64,000 nt of DNA from Thermoanaerobaculia bacterium (GCA_942492505.1 CALOFD010000029.1:3967-67966); one strand, 5' to 3'; counted from the stretch's first letter, positions 37,468 to 46,231 are shown. The notes: generated from the letters alone by a model not told the origin. Translations and numbers: made by a program.

Positions 37468-37469
37468 GC

Positions 37470-38453
37470 CTACTCCACGTCCTGGCCGGGCTTTCGGTCC
37501 GGTCGTTTGTTGCGACGAATGACACTCGAGGGCTGTTCTTCCACCTGATCCGCGAACCGCCGCAGGGAAGCCGAGGCGTCGCGCAGGTCCTGGACGATCG
37601 CGGTGATGTCGCCGCTGTTGTCGGTCAACACTCCGAGCGCGTCGTCGGCCGAGCCGAGGCTGGTCTGTGCCGTGTCGAGCAATTCGGAGAGGCGGCGGCC
37701 GTCGGGCCCCAGCGCGGTGGAGAGATCCTCGAGCAACTGACTGGCATTGGCGCTGACCTCGGGCAGATCCTCCAGCCCCTGCTCGGCGCTGCTCGCGATG
37801 TTGTCGAGTCGGTCGACCAGGGGTCCGATCCGCGGCGCGACTTCGTCCATCGTCTGGCGAGCGGTGCTGAGGATGGCCGAGATCTCGGCGACGTTCTCCT
37901 CCGAGAGCAGGGTCTGCAGCTGTTCGAGGTTGGGACCGATGTCGGCCTCCAGGCCGGCGAGGACTTCGGCGAGCTGGTCGAAGAGTTCCATCGCCTTCTC
38001 TGCGAGCTCTTCGACCTGGCTCATGGCCCCGGCCATGCCGCCGCGTCCGGAGTCGTAGATCGTTGCACCGGGCTCGGCCAGCGGGGCGTCGGGCGAGCCC
38101 GCCAGAAGCTGGAGGAACGCCGCGCCCAGCAGGCCCTGGGTGGCCATCTCGGCGGTGGCGTCGGCGCGGATCGGCACCTCGGCGTCGACGTCGATCTCGA
38201 TCTTCACCGGCCACTGCTCCTCGGTCCGCAGGTCGACGGTTCGGATGCGGCCGATCGGAACCCCGGCCTGTCGCACCCGGTCCCCGGCCTGGACGCCGGC
38301 TGAGTCGTTGAGCAGGACGGTGTAGGAAATCTGGTTCGCCGACAGTGCGCGGCTTCCGACGATCAGGATCGACCCGACGACCAGCAGCGCGATCGCGGCG
38401 AGAACGAAGAATCCGATCTTGATATCGGCGATGCGATCGGTCCGATCCATCAC
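37470..38453 (-). CDS. mlaD: MCE/MlaD family protein
   Basis: N-terminal TM (IGFFV); AGV..GD.V...GV.IG.I and GLLGA.F..L.AGS MCE motifs; long helical tail. Confidence 0.88.
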   Translation of the reverse strand: MMDRTDRIADIKIGFFVLAAIALLVVGSILIVGSRALSANQISYTVLLNDSAGVQAGDRVRQAGVPIGRIRTVDLRTEEQWPVKIEIDVDAEVPIRADATAEMATQGLLGAAFLQLLAGSPDAPLAEPGATIYDSGRGGMAGAMSQVEELAEKAMELFDQLAEVLAGLEADIGPNLEQLQTLLSEENVAEISAILSTARQTMDEVAPRIGPLVDRLDNIASSAEQGLEDLPEVSANASQLLEDLSTALGPDGRRLSELLDTAQTSLGSADDALGVLTDNSGDITAIVQDLRDASASLRRFADQVEEQPSSVIRRNKRPDRKPGQDVE

Positions 38454-39241
38454 ACGAGCTCCTCCAAGAAGCGCTGGAAGCTCTCACCGCCGTCGGCGGG
38501 TTCCGAGGGGCGGCGATCGAGGAAACTGCGTACGCGCTCGTCGTCGCTGTTCTTCACGGCCTCGGGCGTGTCGACGATGATGAACTGACCTTCCTGGAGC
38601 AGGGCCAGTCGATCGGCGATCATGAAGGCACTTTCCATTTCGTGGGTGACGACGACGAGAGTCATGCCGAACGCTTCCTTGAGTCGAATGAGTAGCTGAT
38701 CGAGATCGGCGGCGGTGACGGGATCGAGTCCGGCCGAGGGTTCATCGAAGAAGACCAGCTCGGGGTCCATCGACAGGGCGCGAGCCAGGGAGGCCCTCTT
38801 CTGCATCCCGCCGCTCAGCTCGGAGGGGTAGAGGTCGATCGCGTTCTCCAGTCCCACCATGCCGAGCTTCACCCGGGCGATGATATGCCGGTTCACGTCG
38901 GGCACGTCGGTGAGTTCCTTCCAGGCGAGTTCGACGTTCTCACCGATCGTCATCGAGCCGAACAGGGCACTGCCCTGGAATGCCACACCGATCTTGCGTC
39001 GCAGCTCCAGAAGCTGAGCCCGGTTCGCCTGGTAGATGTTGGTACCGAAGAGCTCTACGGAACCCTCGTCTGGAGGCATCAGGCCGACCAGGCATCGCAG
39101 CAGGGTGCTCTTGCCGCTTCCACTCGAACCGAGGATGACGATCGTCTCGCCGCGCAGGACCTCGAGATCGACGCCCTTGAGGATGGCGCGACCGCCGAGT
39201 TCCTTCGTGATGCCTTGCACGGAGATGATCGTTTCGGACAT
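38450..39241 (-). CDS. mlaF: MlaF-like ABC ATP-binding protein
   Basis: GSSGSGKS, FQ.SALFGSMTI.ENV, ELSGGMQKR, FDEPSAGLDP and VVTHE. Confidence 0.92.
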   Translation of the reverse strand: MSETIISVQGITKELGGRAILKGVDLEVLRGETIVILGSSGSGKSTLLRCLVGLMPPDEGSVELFGTNIYQANRAQLLELRRKIGVAFQGSALFGSMTIGENVELAWKELTDVPDVNRHIIARVKLGMVGLENAIDLYPSELSGGMQKRASLARALSMDPELVFFDEPSAGLDPVTAADLDQLLIRLKEAFGMTLVVVTHEMESAFMIADRLALLQEGQFIIVDTPEAVKNSDDERVRSFLDRRPSEPADGGESFQRFLEELV

Positions 39242-39242
39242 C

Positions 39243-40061
39243 TCAGCCCTTGAGGTAGAAGAGCACGGTGACGAAGAGGTCGGCGCCCATCACGAGAACG
39301 ATGCTGCGCACCACGGAAGAGGTGGTCGAGCGTCCGACTTCCTTGCCGCCGCCCCAGGTCGAAAGACCGCGTTCACAGCCGACGAGGCCGATCAGGAGCG
39401 CGAAGACGGCGGCCTTCACCAGGCCGGTGTAGATGTCCTCGAGAACCAGGGAGTCGATCGACAGTTCGATGTAGCGCTGCGGACCCATTTCGAGGACCGT
39501 GATGGCGATCAACCAGCCGCCGATGATGCCGACCAGGTCCGCGAAGACGACCAGACACGGCAGGGCGATGAGCAGGCCCACCACGCGCGGCACCACGAGG
39601 TAGCTGACGGGGTCGATTCCCATGACTTCGAGGGCGTCGACCTCCTGCGAGACCTTCATGGTTCCGAGCTCGGCGGCGATCGACGATCCGTAGCGGCCGG
39701 CGACGATGATGGCGGTGAGCAGGGGAGCGAGTTCGCGGGTCACCGACACGCCTACCAGGGCCGGGATCAGATCGAGGGCTCCGAAGAGTCGGAGCTGGTA
39801 GGCCGACTGGAAGGCGAGGATCATTCCGACCAGCAGGCAGATCAGGGCCACGAGTGGAAGGGAGTCGACGCCGCCGCGAACCGCCTGGTGCAGGGTGGCC
39901 TGAATCCTCATGGGTCGACCGCGGAAGGGACCGATGAAGGTGCGCTCGAAGGAGCTGGCGAAGAGCCGCCAGAGGCCGGCCGAGGCGGTTACGAAGTTTC
40001 GTGACGAGCGGCCGAGCGCGGCGACGGCGGCGAGGGGCAGCGATTCGCTGGGACTGCTCAA
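39243..40061 (-). CDS. mlaE: MlaE-like ABC permease
   Basis: RELAPLLTAI.VAGR.GS..AAELGTMKV.QE.DAL..MG.DP..YLV.PR and VG..TT.SVV. Confidence 0.92.
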   Translation of the reverse strand: MSSPSESLPLAAVAALGRSSRNFVTASAGLWRLFASSFERTFIGPFRGRPMRIQATLHQAVRGGVDSLPLVALICLLVGMILAFQSAYQLRLFGALDLIPALVGVSVTRELAPLLTAIIVAGRYGSSIAAELGTMKVSQEVDALEVMGIDPVSYLVVPRVVGLLIALPCLVVFADLVGIIGGWLIAITVLEMGPQRYIELSIDSLVLEDIYTGLVKAAVFALLIGLVGCERGLSTWGGGKEVGRSTTSSVVRSIVLVMGADLFVTVLFYLKG

Positions 40062-40073
40062 GACGATGTCATC

Positions 40074-40559
40074 CTACCGAGCCTCGGCACGGCGCTCGGG
40101 CTTGCCCTCGATGGGGATCAGTTCGACCAGCGGAATCGTGCGCTCGGTGCGCTCCTGATAGAGCGCATAGTCGGAGTAGGTCGCGACGAAGCGATCCCAG
40201 AGTTCGGGCCGCCGATTCTCCTCGACGGTTTCGGCGACGCACGCCATGCGCTGGTTGCCCACCTGGATCTCGACGGCCGGTTCCTCTCGCAGGTTCAGGT
40301 ACCACGCCGGGTGGCGGTCGGCTCCGCCGTACGAGGCCACGATCGCCCAACCGCGGTCGGTCTCGAGAGTCAGCAGGGGCAGGGTTCGCTGCTTGCCCGA
40401 CTTTCGCCCGACCGTCGTCAGCAGCAGGGCGTCGTTGTCGGCGATCCGCCCTCCGACTCGACCGCCGCTGCAGCGGTAGAGGGCGACGTGGAAGTTGCTC
40501 AGCGCCCGGAAGAGCTGGTGCTGGAGGGTGCCCTGGACGGGCTTCGGGGGGGCGGCCAT
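40074..40559 (-). CDS. Deazaflavin (F420)-dependent nitroreductase family (Ddn-like) protein
   Basis: LLLTT.GRKSG..RT.PL, VASYGG...HPAWYLNL...P.V and Y..YQ.RT.R.IP.V.L. Confidence 0.9.
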   Translation of the reverse strand: MAAPPKPVQGTLQHQLFRALSNFHVALYRCSGGRVGGRIADNDALLLTTVGRKSGKQRTLPLLTLETDRGWAIVASYGGADRHPAWYLNLREEPAVEIQVGNQRMACVAETVEENRRPELWDRFVATYSDYALYQERTERTIPLVELIPIEGKPERRAEAR

Positions 40560-40660
40560 GAGGTGAGGGTGGATGGGCTCAGGGAGACTGGGACTCTATC
40601 CGAGTGCCTGGCTCGGGCCGTCGGTCCGGGCGCGCCTTCGCCGATGCGTCGAGCGGCAAC

Positions 40661-41359
40661 TCAGAACAGGCGGCGATCCAGATACAGCTCTGCGATCGAC
40701 AGGCTGTTGACGATTCCGTGCGCCACGATGCAGACCCAGAGATTGCGTCCGAAGACGAGGAAGCCGGCGCCCAGGAGAGTGCCCAGGAGCGCAGTCACGA
40801 GAACTCCCGCCAGACCCTGGTAGGCGTGGGCGAGACCGAAGAGGACGGCCTGCGTCGCGAGGGCTGCCAGTTCGGCGCCCCGGCCGACCTTCCCGCGGCC
40901 GGCAAAGGCCGACGCGAGGCGTTGCCGGATGAATCCCCGGAAGATCAGCTCCTCGCCGACGGCAGCCGGGATCCAGGCGATGAAGAGAAACCAGAGAGCG
41001 AGGCCGACGTTGCCCCGTAGATTCTCGAAGGCAGACAGGTCGGGGAGACCGAAGTGGACTTCGAGGGTTTTCTGGAAGAGAAACGCGACGCCGAGCATCG
41101 CGGCGGCGAGTACGATTCCGGCCGGCAACGAAGCGGGTCCGGGCCGCCGCCCCAGGCCGATTGTTTCCAGGGACTGTCCTCGTCGCGCGAGCAGCAGGCC
41201 GACGATGCCGGCTGCGACCAGGCTGCCGAGCGGAACGACGGCCATCGAACCGGTGAGCGCAGCCAGGACCTGGAAGGTCGCGATCATGGAGAACAGCACC
41301 ACGATCACTTCGAGCCAGGCTCGACCCGACGATGGTTGAACTACGCTGGTCTGCCCCAC
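40661..41359 (-). CDS. CPBP (Abi/CAAX protease-like) intramembrane metalloprotease
   Basis: EELIFRG, LFGLAH.YQG and I.AHG..N motifs; multiple TMs. Confidence 0.88.
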   Translation of the reverse strand: MGQTSVVQPSSGRAWLEVIVVLFSMIATFQVLAALTGSMAVVPLGSLVAAGIVGLLLARRGQSLETIGLGRRPGPASLPAGIVLAAAMLGVAFLFQKTLEVHFGLPDLSAFENLRGNVGLALWFLFIAWIPAAVGEELIFRGFIRQRLASAFAGRGKVGRGAELAALATQAVLFGLAHAYQGLAGVLVTALLGTLLGAGFLVFGRNLWVCIVAHGIVNSLSIAELYLDRRLF

Positions 41360-43197
41360 AGATAGCCCTGGCCGTAGCCGACCTGCATCTCCCGCAGCAG
41401 GGCCAGATCGTCGGAGTGCTCGATCCCCTCGGCCACGATTTCGGCGTCGAGCGAGGTGGCGATCTTGATGAGTCTGCGAATCGAGCGCGCCTTTCCGCTA
41501 CTGCGTGAGATGCCCAGGACGTACTTCGGGTCGATCTTGACGATGTCGGGTTCGAGCAGTACCAGGGATTCGAGCGAGCTACGCCCGAAGCCGACGTCGT
41601 CCATCGCCACGAGGATTCCGGCTTCACGGAAGGCCCTCACCTGGTCCTGCAGGCAGGCCGGGTCGCTGATGAACTGTTGCTCCGAGATCTCGACGCAGAA
41701 GACCGAATCGTCGTCGGTCTGCAACATCGGAATGAGGCGGTCGGGCGAGGTGTCCAGGAGGGTCGAGGGAAAGAGGTTGACGTGGAAGCGGCTGCCCGGC
41801 TCGAGTCCGGCGCTGGCTGCCACGCAGCCCTTCAGGCATTTGAGGTCGGCCATCGTCAGGAAGTTGCCTTCGAGGCAGACCCTGAAGAAGTCCTTCGGCA
41901 TTTCGAAGGGTCCCGTCGGCCCACGGCTCAGCATCTCGTAGCCCGCCTTCGTGCCGTCGGAGAGTCGATAGATCGCCTGACTGACGGCGCGGAAGGGTTC
42001 GTCCTCGCGCAGCAGTCTCTGAACGTCTTCGATGCTGCCGGCGCGGCGACTTAGGGTGCGCTCCGCGAGTGTCGGCTCCCTGCCGTTGGTGGCGGGAGTC
42101 TCGACCGCCATCGAAACGCGGTTGCCGCCCATGGACTTGGCGTCGTGCAGCGACATCCGGGTCAGGGTCAGGACCTCCTCGATCGAACACGTCTCGTAGG
42201 GCAGGATGCTCGTGCCGATCGAGGCCGTGATGTTGATCAGGTCGGAAAAGACGACCAGTGGGCTCTGTGCCACGGCCAGGCGAATGCGGTCGGCGACTCT
42301 CTGGGCCTCGGCCAGTCGGGTTTCGGGGAGGAAGACGAGGAACTCGTCGCCGCCGACGCGGCCGATTCGGTCGGACGGGCGCAGTGAACCGGCGAGTCTC
42401 TTCGAGATCTCGGTGAGGACGACGTCTCCGACTGCATGGCCGAGCTGGTCGTTGATGCGCTTGAAACCGTCGAGATCGACGAGGGCGGCCACGACGACGG
42501 TGCCGAGCCTCTGGCTTCTGCTCATTTCGATCGCCAGTGCCTTCTCGAGGCCGCGGCGGTTGAGCAGCTCCGTCATCGGGTCGACGCTGGCCAGGCGCGT
42601 GAGCCGCGCGTTGACGTCCTGCAGTTCCTGGGTCAGCGCTCCGAGTTCCTCCCGGCGTCGTTTCTCCGTGTCGAGCTGGGTCGTCAGCTCGCGCTGTCGG
42701 GCGCGCACGAACTCGTCGAACGTCGACATCAGGAAGTTCAGGATCCGATCGGGTCGGGCGTCGATCCCGAAGAGCTGCCCCATGAAGTCGAAGCTCACCA
42801 CGCCGGCCTCATCGGTTTCGTCCTGCTCGCCGCAGGTTGCCAGGATCGCGGCGATCCGGGCTGTGAGGTGGGAGGCGTCATACGGCTTGGTGAGGAAGTT
42901 GTCGGCGCCGCATTCGAGGCCGCGAACGATGTCGGTCGCTTCACTCAGCCGGGTGAGCAGAATGACGGGAACCGCCTTGCGACCTTCGCCGTGCTTGATG
43001 GCATGACACAGCTCGTGCCCCGACATCCCGGGCATCTGGACGTCACTCAACACGAGGTCGAAGGCCTGTGAGTCGAAGATCTCGAGCGCCGTTTCACCGT
43101 CGGCCGCATGAACGACCTCGTAGCCCTCCCCCTCCAGGACCAGTGTCAGCTCCTGAGCCTGGGTCGGACTGTCTTCTGCGATCAGGACTCGCGTCAT
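41341..43197 (-). CDS. Response regulator with diguanylate cyclase and phosphodiesterase domains (REC-GGDEF-EAL)
   Basis: REC (AEDS, SDVQMP, FLTKP); GGDEF with RxxD I-site (RPSD-x5-GGDEF); EAL-type domain (EML, DDVGFG, KID, EGIE). Confidence 0.93.
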   Translation of the reverse strand: MTRVLIAEDSPTQAQELTLVLEGEGYEVVHAADGETALEIFDSQAFDLVLSDVQMPGMSGHELCHAIKHGEGRKAVPVILLTRLSEATDIVRGLECGADNFLTKPYDASHLTARIAAILATCGEQDETDEAGVVSFDFMGQLFGIDARPDRILNFLMSTFDEFVRARQRELTTQLDTEKRRREELGALTQELQDVNARLTRLASVDPMTELLNRRGLEKALAIEMSRSQRLGTVVVAALVDLDGFKRINDQLGHAVGDVVLTEISKRLAGSLRPSDRIGRVGGDEFLVFLPETRLAEAQRVADRIRLAVAQSPLVVFSDLINITASIGTSILPYETCSIEEVLTLTRMSLHDAKSMGGNRVSMAVETPATNGREPTLAERTLSRRAGSIEDVQRLLREDEPFRAVSQAIYRLSDGTKAGYEMLSRGPTGPFEMPKDFFRVCLEGNFLTMADLKCLKGCVAASAGLEPGSRFHVNLFPSTLLDTSPDRLIPMLQTDDDSVFCVEISEQQFISDPACLQDQVRAFREAGILVAMDDVGFGRSSLESLVLLEPDIVKIDPKYVLGISRSSGKARSIRRLIKIATSLDAEIVAEGIEHSDDLALLREMQVGYGQGYLWGRPA

Positions 43198-44726
43198 GGA
43201 AGGGAGCCTCCTTCGTCACTGAGATGGGGCTGGGTTGCGGAGCCTTCAGCGAGGGCCGCGTTGGCGAGAGATTCGGGATGGAGGAGCCAGGCGACCTCGC
43301 CGCCCTCGAGCTGGGCGACCGCCCGCACCAGTGAGGAGCGCAGGCGTGGGCCGAGAGGACGCATGTCGAGATCCTTCGGGGGAGACACCCGCTCGCAGGA
43401 CAGCAGCAACGTTCGTTTGCCGATCTGCAGGTGGAGGAGTTCCCGGTCGAAGAGCTCGGCTGACGAGATCGTCGACCCGCTTCCCAGCAGGGCGTCGAGT
43501 CCGGCCACCGCCACCGGCCGGCCTTCTTCGATCACGGCCGGTCGGCCGAGAAGCCAGCGAACCTCGGAGGCCGCGATCCTGCGAAGACCGGTCACGTGCA
43601 CTTCCTCGATGGCGAAGATCCCCTCGCTCGAGAGCAGGAGCCGAGCTCGAACCGTGGGCCGTTCGAGTGGCAGATTGAGCGTGAAGGTTGCACCGGAGCC
43701 CGGTTGGGAACGGACCTGGATCTCTCCGCCTCGTTGCTCGGCCCAGGCTCGGACGGCATCGAGGCCGACGCCGCGCCCCGACGACGCGGTGACTTCCGGG
43801 CTCGTCGAGAGTCCGGAGACGAACGCGAGTTCGGCGCGACTCGCATTGTCGGCAGGAACGTCGACGCCGCGACCGCGGGCCACCGCTGCCAGGGAGTCGA
43901 GGTCGAGTCCACCGCCGTCGTCGCGAACCGAGATGTGGACGGCGTCCGGTTTCGCCACGGCGCCGATCGTGATGCGACCGCGGACCGGCTTGCCGGCGGC
44001 TCGCCGCTCGATCGGCAACTCGATGCCGTGGTCGACGGCGTTTCTCACCAGGTGACCGAGCGGCTCCCGAAGCTGCTGGCCGAGAGGGTCGGCGACCTTC
44101 CAGGGAGCCCCTTCGAGGACCACGTCGACTCGCTTGCCGCTGTCGTCGGCGAGTTCCTCCGCCAGCTTGCCGAGTTCGGAACAGACAGCCTCGAAGGCCC
44201 GGCCTGCGGTGATTCGGGGTTCGACGGTCGCGGTGGCCTCGGTGGAGCCTCGATCGGATGGCTGGGTGGGCCGATCCGGCTGCGGGACCGGTGCGCGGGT
44301 CGACGGTTCGTCCGCCAACCGTCGCAGCGCGGATTCGAGTTCGGCGTTGACCGTCGCGAGAGCGAGACGGTCCGCATCGCCGTCGTCTCGAAGGCGCTCG
44401 CTGGTCGTGGCCAGACCGTCGACCGTGGCGAGGAGCAGGGAAACGAGAGGTGGAGAGGTCGAAGCTTCCCAGGCCTGATCCCGCAGAACTCCGAGGACGC
44501 TCTCCGCCAGGTGACAGCTGGTCTCGATGTCGTCCAGCCTCGCCGAGCGTGCGGCGCCCTTGAGGCTGTGCATCGTTCGCAGCAGGGATTCGACCAGCTG
44601 GCCGCGGACCACCGAGGAGGCGGAGTTCTGCAGCGTGATCAGATCTCGACTCAGGATTCGAACCGCCTGGTCGAGTTCCTCGACGAACGTCGCCCGGAGC
44701 TTCCTGGTGATGTCCTCGTCGCTCAT
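43194..44726 (-). CDS. cheA: Compact CheA-like histidine kinase (Hpt, HATPase, degenerate CheW domain)
   Basis: Hpt MHSLKGAAR; N box HLVRNAVDHG; G1 DDGGG; G2 SGRGVGLD; GSGATFTL.LP. No recognisable P2, P3 or REC. Confidence 0.85.
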   Translation of the reverse strand: MSDEDITRKLRATFVEELDQAVRILSRDLITLQNSASSVVRGQLVESLLRTMHSLKGAARSARLDDIETSCHLAESVLGVLRDQAWEASTSPPLVSLLLATVDGLATTSERLRDDGDADRLALATVNAELESALRRLADEPSTRAPVPQPDRPTQPSDRGSTEATATVEPRITAGRAFEAVCSELGKLAEELADDSGKRVDVVLEGAPWKVADPLGQQLREPLGHLVRNAVDHGIELPIERRAAGKPVRGRITIGAVAKPDAVHISVRDDGGGLDLDSLAAVARGRGVDVPADNASRAELAFVSGLSTSPEVTASSGRGVGLDAVRAWAEQRGGEIQVRSQPGSGATFTLNLPLERPTVRARLLLSSEGIFAIEEVHVTGLRRIAASEVRWLLGRPAVIEEGRPVAVAGLDALLGSGSTISSAELFDRELLHLQIGKRTLLLSCERVSPPKDLDMRPLGPRLRSSLVRAVAQLEGGEVAWLLHPESLANAALAEGSATQPHLSDEGGSLP

Positions 44727-44733
44727 CGAGATC

Positions 44734-45348
44734 TCAGCGCAGGCCCCGCAGGGCGGCTCTTGGCGGCCCTTCGAGGGGCGACGTCAGGAAGAAGCGCTCG
44801 TCCTCGAGCAACGCTGCCCCGTCGAGAACGAGGTCGCCGGAGGCGGTCACACCGCGGACCATCTTCGCGTTGAGTTCGTCGAGGCGCCAGGGCAGTGGAT
44901 GGAGGCGAGCGGACCGCGACCACACCGGTTTCTCGGCCGCGACCAGGCCGATCTCCGCGTCGGCGGCACCGACGACCATCACGGCTCTTGCAACGGTGGT
45001 CTGCTGTTCGAGTCCGAGGATCGCTCCCAGGTCGAAGACCGGCAGGGGAGTCTTGCCGAGGAGGAGAAGCCCATGCTCGTTCGGGAGACCGGGGACCGGC
45101 AGAACCGTGGGCTCGTCGATGACCGACCGCACCCAGCGGGTCTCGAGGGCGAAGCGCTCTCGTCCCCACCCGAAGGTGAGGATCTCGGCCTCTTCGGAGG
45201 CTTCGACGATCTCGGACTCGTCGGCCTCGACTGTCTTCGCCTTGTCGAGTTCGCCTACAGGAAGGGCCTCGAGGGCCATCTCGAGGCTCTTGGCGAATCG
45301 GTCGAGTCGACCTCGTAGAGCCTGCCAGTCGCCGGCGTTGTCGGTCAT
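44734..45348 (-). CDS. cheW: CheW-like adaptor with N-terminal helical extension
   Basis: LTF..G.ERFALE...V..V, PVPG.P, LPVFDL..ILG and IGL.A; N-terminal DWQALRGRL extension. Confidence 0.8.
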   Translation of the reverse strand: MTDNAGDWQALRGRLDRFAKSLEMALEALPVGELDKAKTVEADESEIVEASEEAEILTFGWGRERFALETRWVRSVIDEPTVLPVPGLPNEHGLLLLGKTPLPVFDLGAILGLEQQTTVARAVMVVGAADAEIGLVAAEKPVWSRSARLHPLPWRLDELNAKMVRGVTASGDLVLDGAALLEDERFFLTSPLEGPPRAALRGLR

Positions 45349-45360
45349 GGTTTCAGAAGG

Positions 45361-45588
45361 TCATCCGTCTTCGTGAGCGCGATCTCCGTTGCCGGAGTCG
45401 GACGCCCCATTGCCTGAACGGGCGGCAACGAAGAGGGGAGGCTGTTGGTGGTTCTCGACGAGAGCCACGGCTTCGTTCACGAACCACTCCTTGAGGGTCA
45501 AGCCGCGTGAGGTGAGTGCTGTGTAGAGCTCGAGTTTGAGGTCGGGATCGATCTCCACGACGACTCGGCCCGATTTTCCCCTGGCCAT
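45361..45588 (-). CDS. Small ribbon-helix-helix (CopG/ParG-like) DNA-binding protein
   Basis: 75 aa from ATG 45588: MARGKSG-RVVVEI (beta)-DPDLKLELYTALTSRG (helix A)-LTLKEWFVNEAVALVE (helix B). It is the tail of track ORF 45361..46125. Confidence 0.7.
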   Translation of the reverse strand: MARGKSGRVVVEIDPDLKLELYTALTSRGLTLKEWFVNEAVALVENHQQPPLFVAARSGNGASDSGNGDRAHEDG

Positions 45589-45594
45589 GGATGC

Positions 45595-45613
45595 AATGTA
45601 ACAGATGTTACAT
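45595..45613. promoter_or_regulatory. Palindromic operator ATGTAAC-AGAT-GTTACAT overlapping an extended -10 (TGtTACATT) of the RHH gene
   Basis: Perfect 7-bp arms at 45596-45602 and 45607-45613; AT-rich; the -10 hexamer ends 6 nt before the ATG. Confidence 0.7.
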
Positions 45614-45663
45614 ACGACCTGCCGCCTCCAGTGGTAGCTTGAGGTCGGGATCGCAAGTCGCCG

Positions 45664-46158
45664 ATGAGTGAAATCCTGTTCCTGATTGCCGCCATTGCGG
45701 CCGCGGTCGCGGCCGTATTCGCGTGGGCGACAGCCCTGTGGGGTAACAGTCGGCGCGACGATCTGCACCAGCAGCTCCTGGTCTCGAAGGAGCGCGAGAT
45801 CGCCTCCCTTCGCAGGGAACTGAAGGCACTGTCGAGGATTCCGTCCGACGAGACCAGCAAGGGGCTTTCGGCGGCCCTGGCCGCATCCAACGCCTGGAGC
45901 AAGGAGCTCGAGGAGAAAGTCGAGACGCTGGAAGTCGCCCTGGCTCGCCATGAGAGCTCCGAGATCGGCAAGGCTGCGCAGGAGCGCGAGCGGATCAAGA
46001 GGGGCCTGGCTGAAGTCTCTGAGCGCTTCGGGGCGCTCAACCGGGCGGTGTCCGCCCTTCAGCGCTCGCGTGGCTTGCAGGCCCCGGATTCCACCGCGCC
46101 CTCGGACGATGCTGCCGAAGAGCATCGGCCCGGTAGGGTCGATTCCGAAGGGGACTGA
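45664..46158 (+). CDS. Membrane-anchored coiled-coil protein
   Basis: N-terminal TM followed by E/K/L/A-rich heptad sequence; divergent from the RHH gene. Confidence 0.75.
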   Translation: MSEILFLIAAIAAAVAAVFAWATALWGNSRRDDLHQQLLVSKEREIASLRRELKALSRIPSDETSKGLSAALAASNAWSKELEEKVETLEVALARHESSEIGKAAQERERIKRGLAEVSERFGALNRAVSALQRSRGLQAPDSTAPSDDAAEEHRPGRVDSEGD

Positions 46159-46231
46159 ACGGACCCGTCGAGCCGTCGACCGTGTCGCCGAACCACGTCG
46201 AAACGCGGTTCCTCGGGGTTTCGGGGTCGTT

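Noticed and set aside
37468-38487. Apparent 542-aa fusion upstream of the PqiC-like lipoprotein
   Set aside because: It is an Arg/Gly/Pro-rich off-frame reading of mlaD; the lipoprotein signal begins at 37467.
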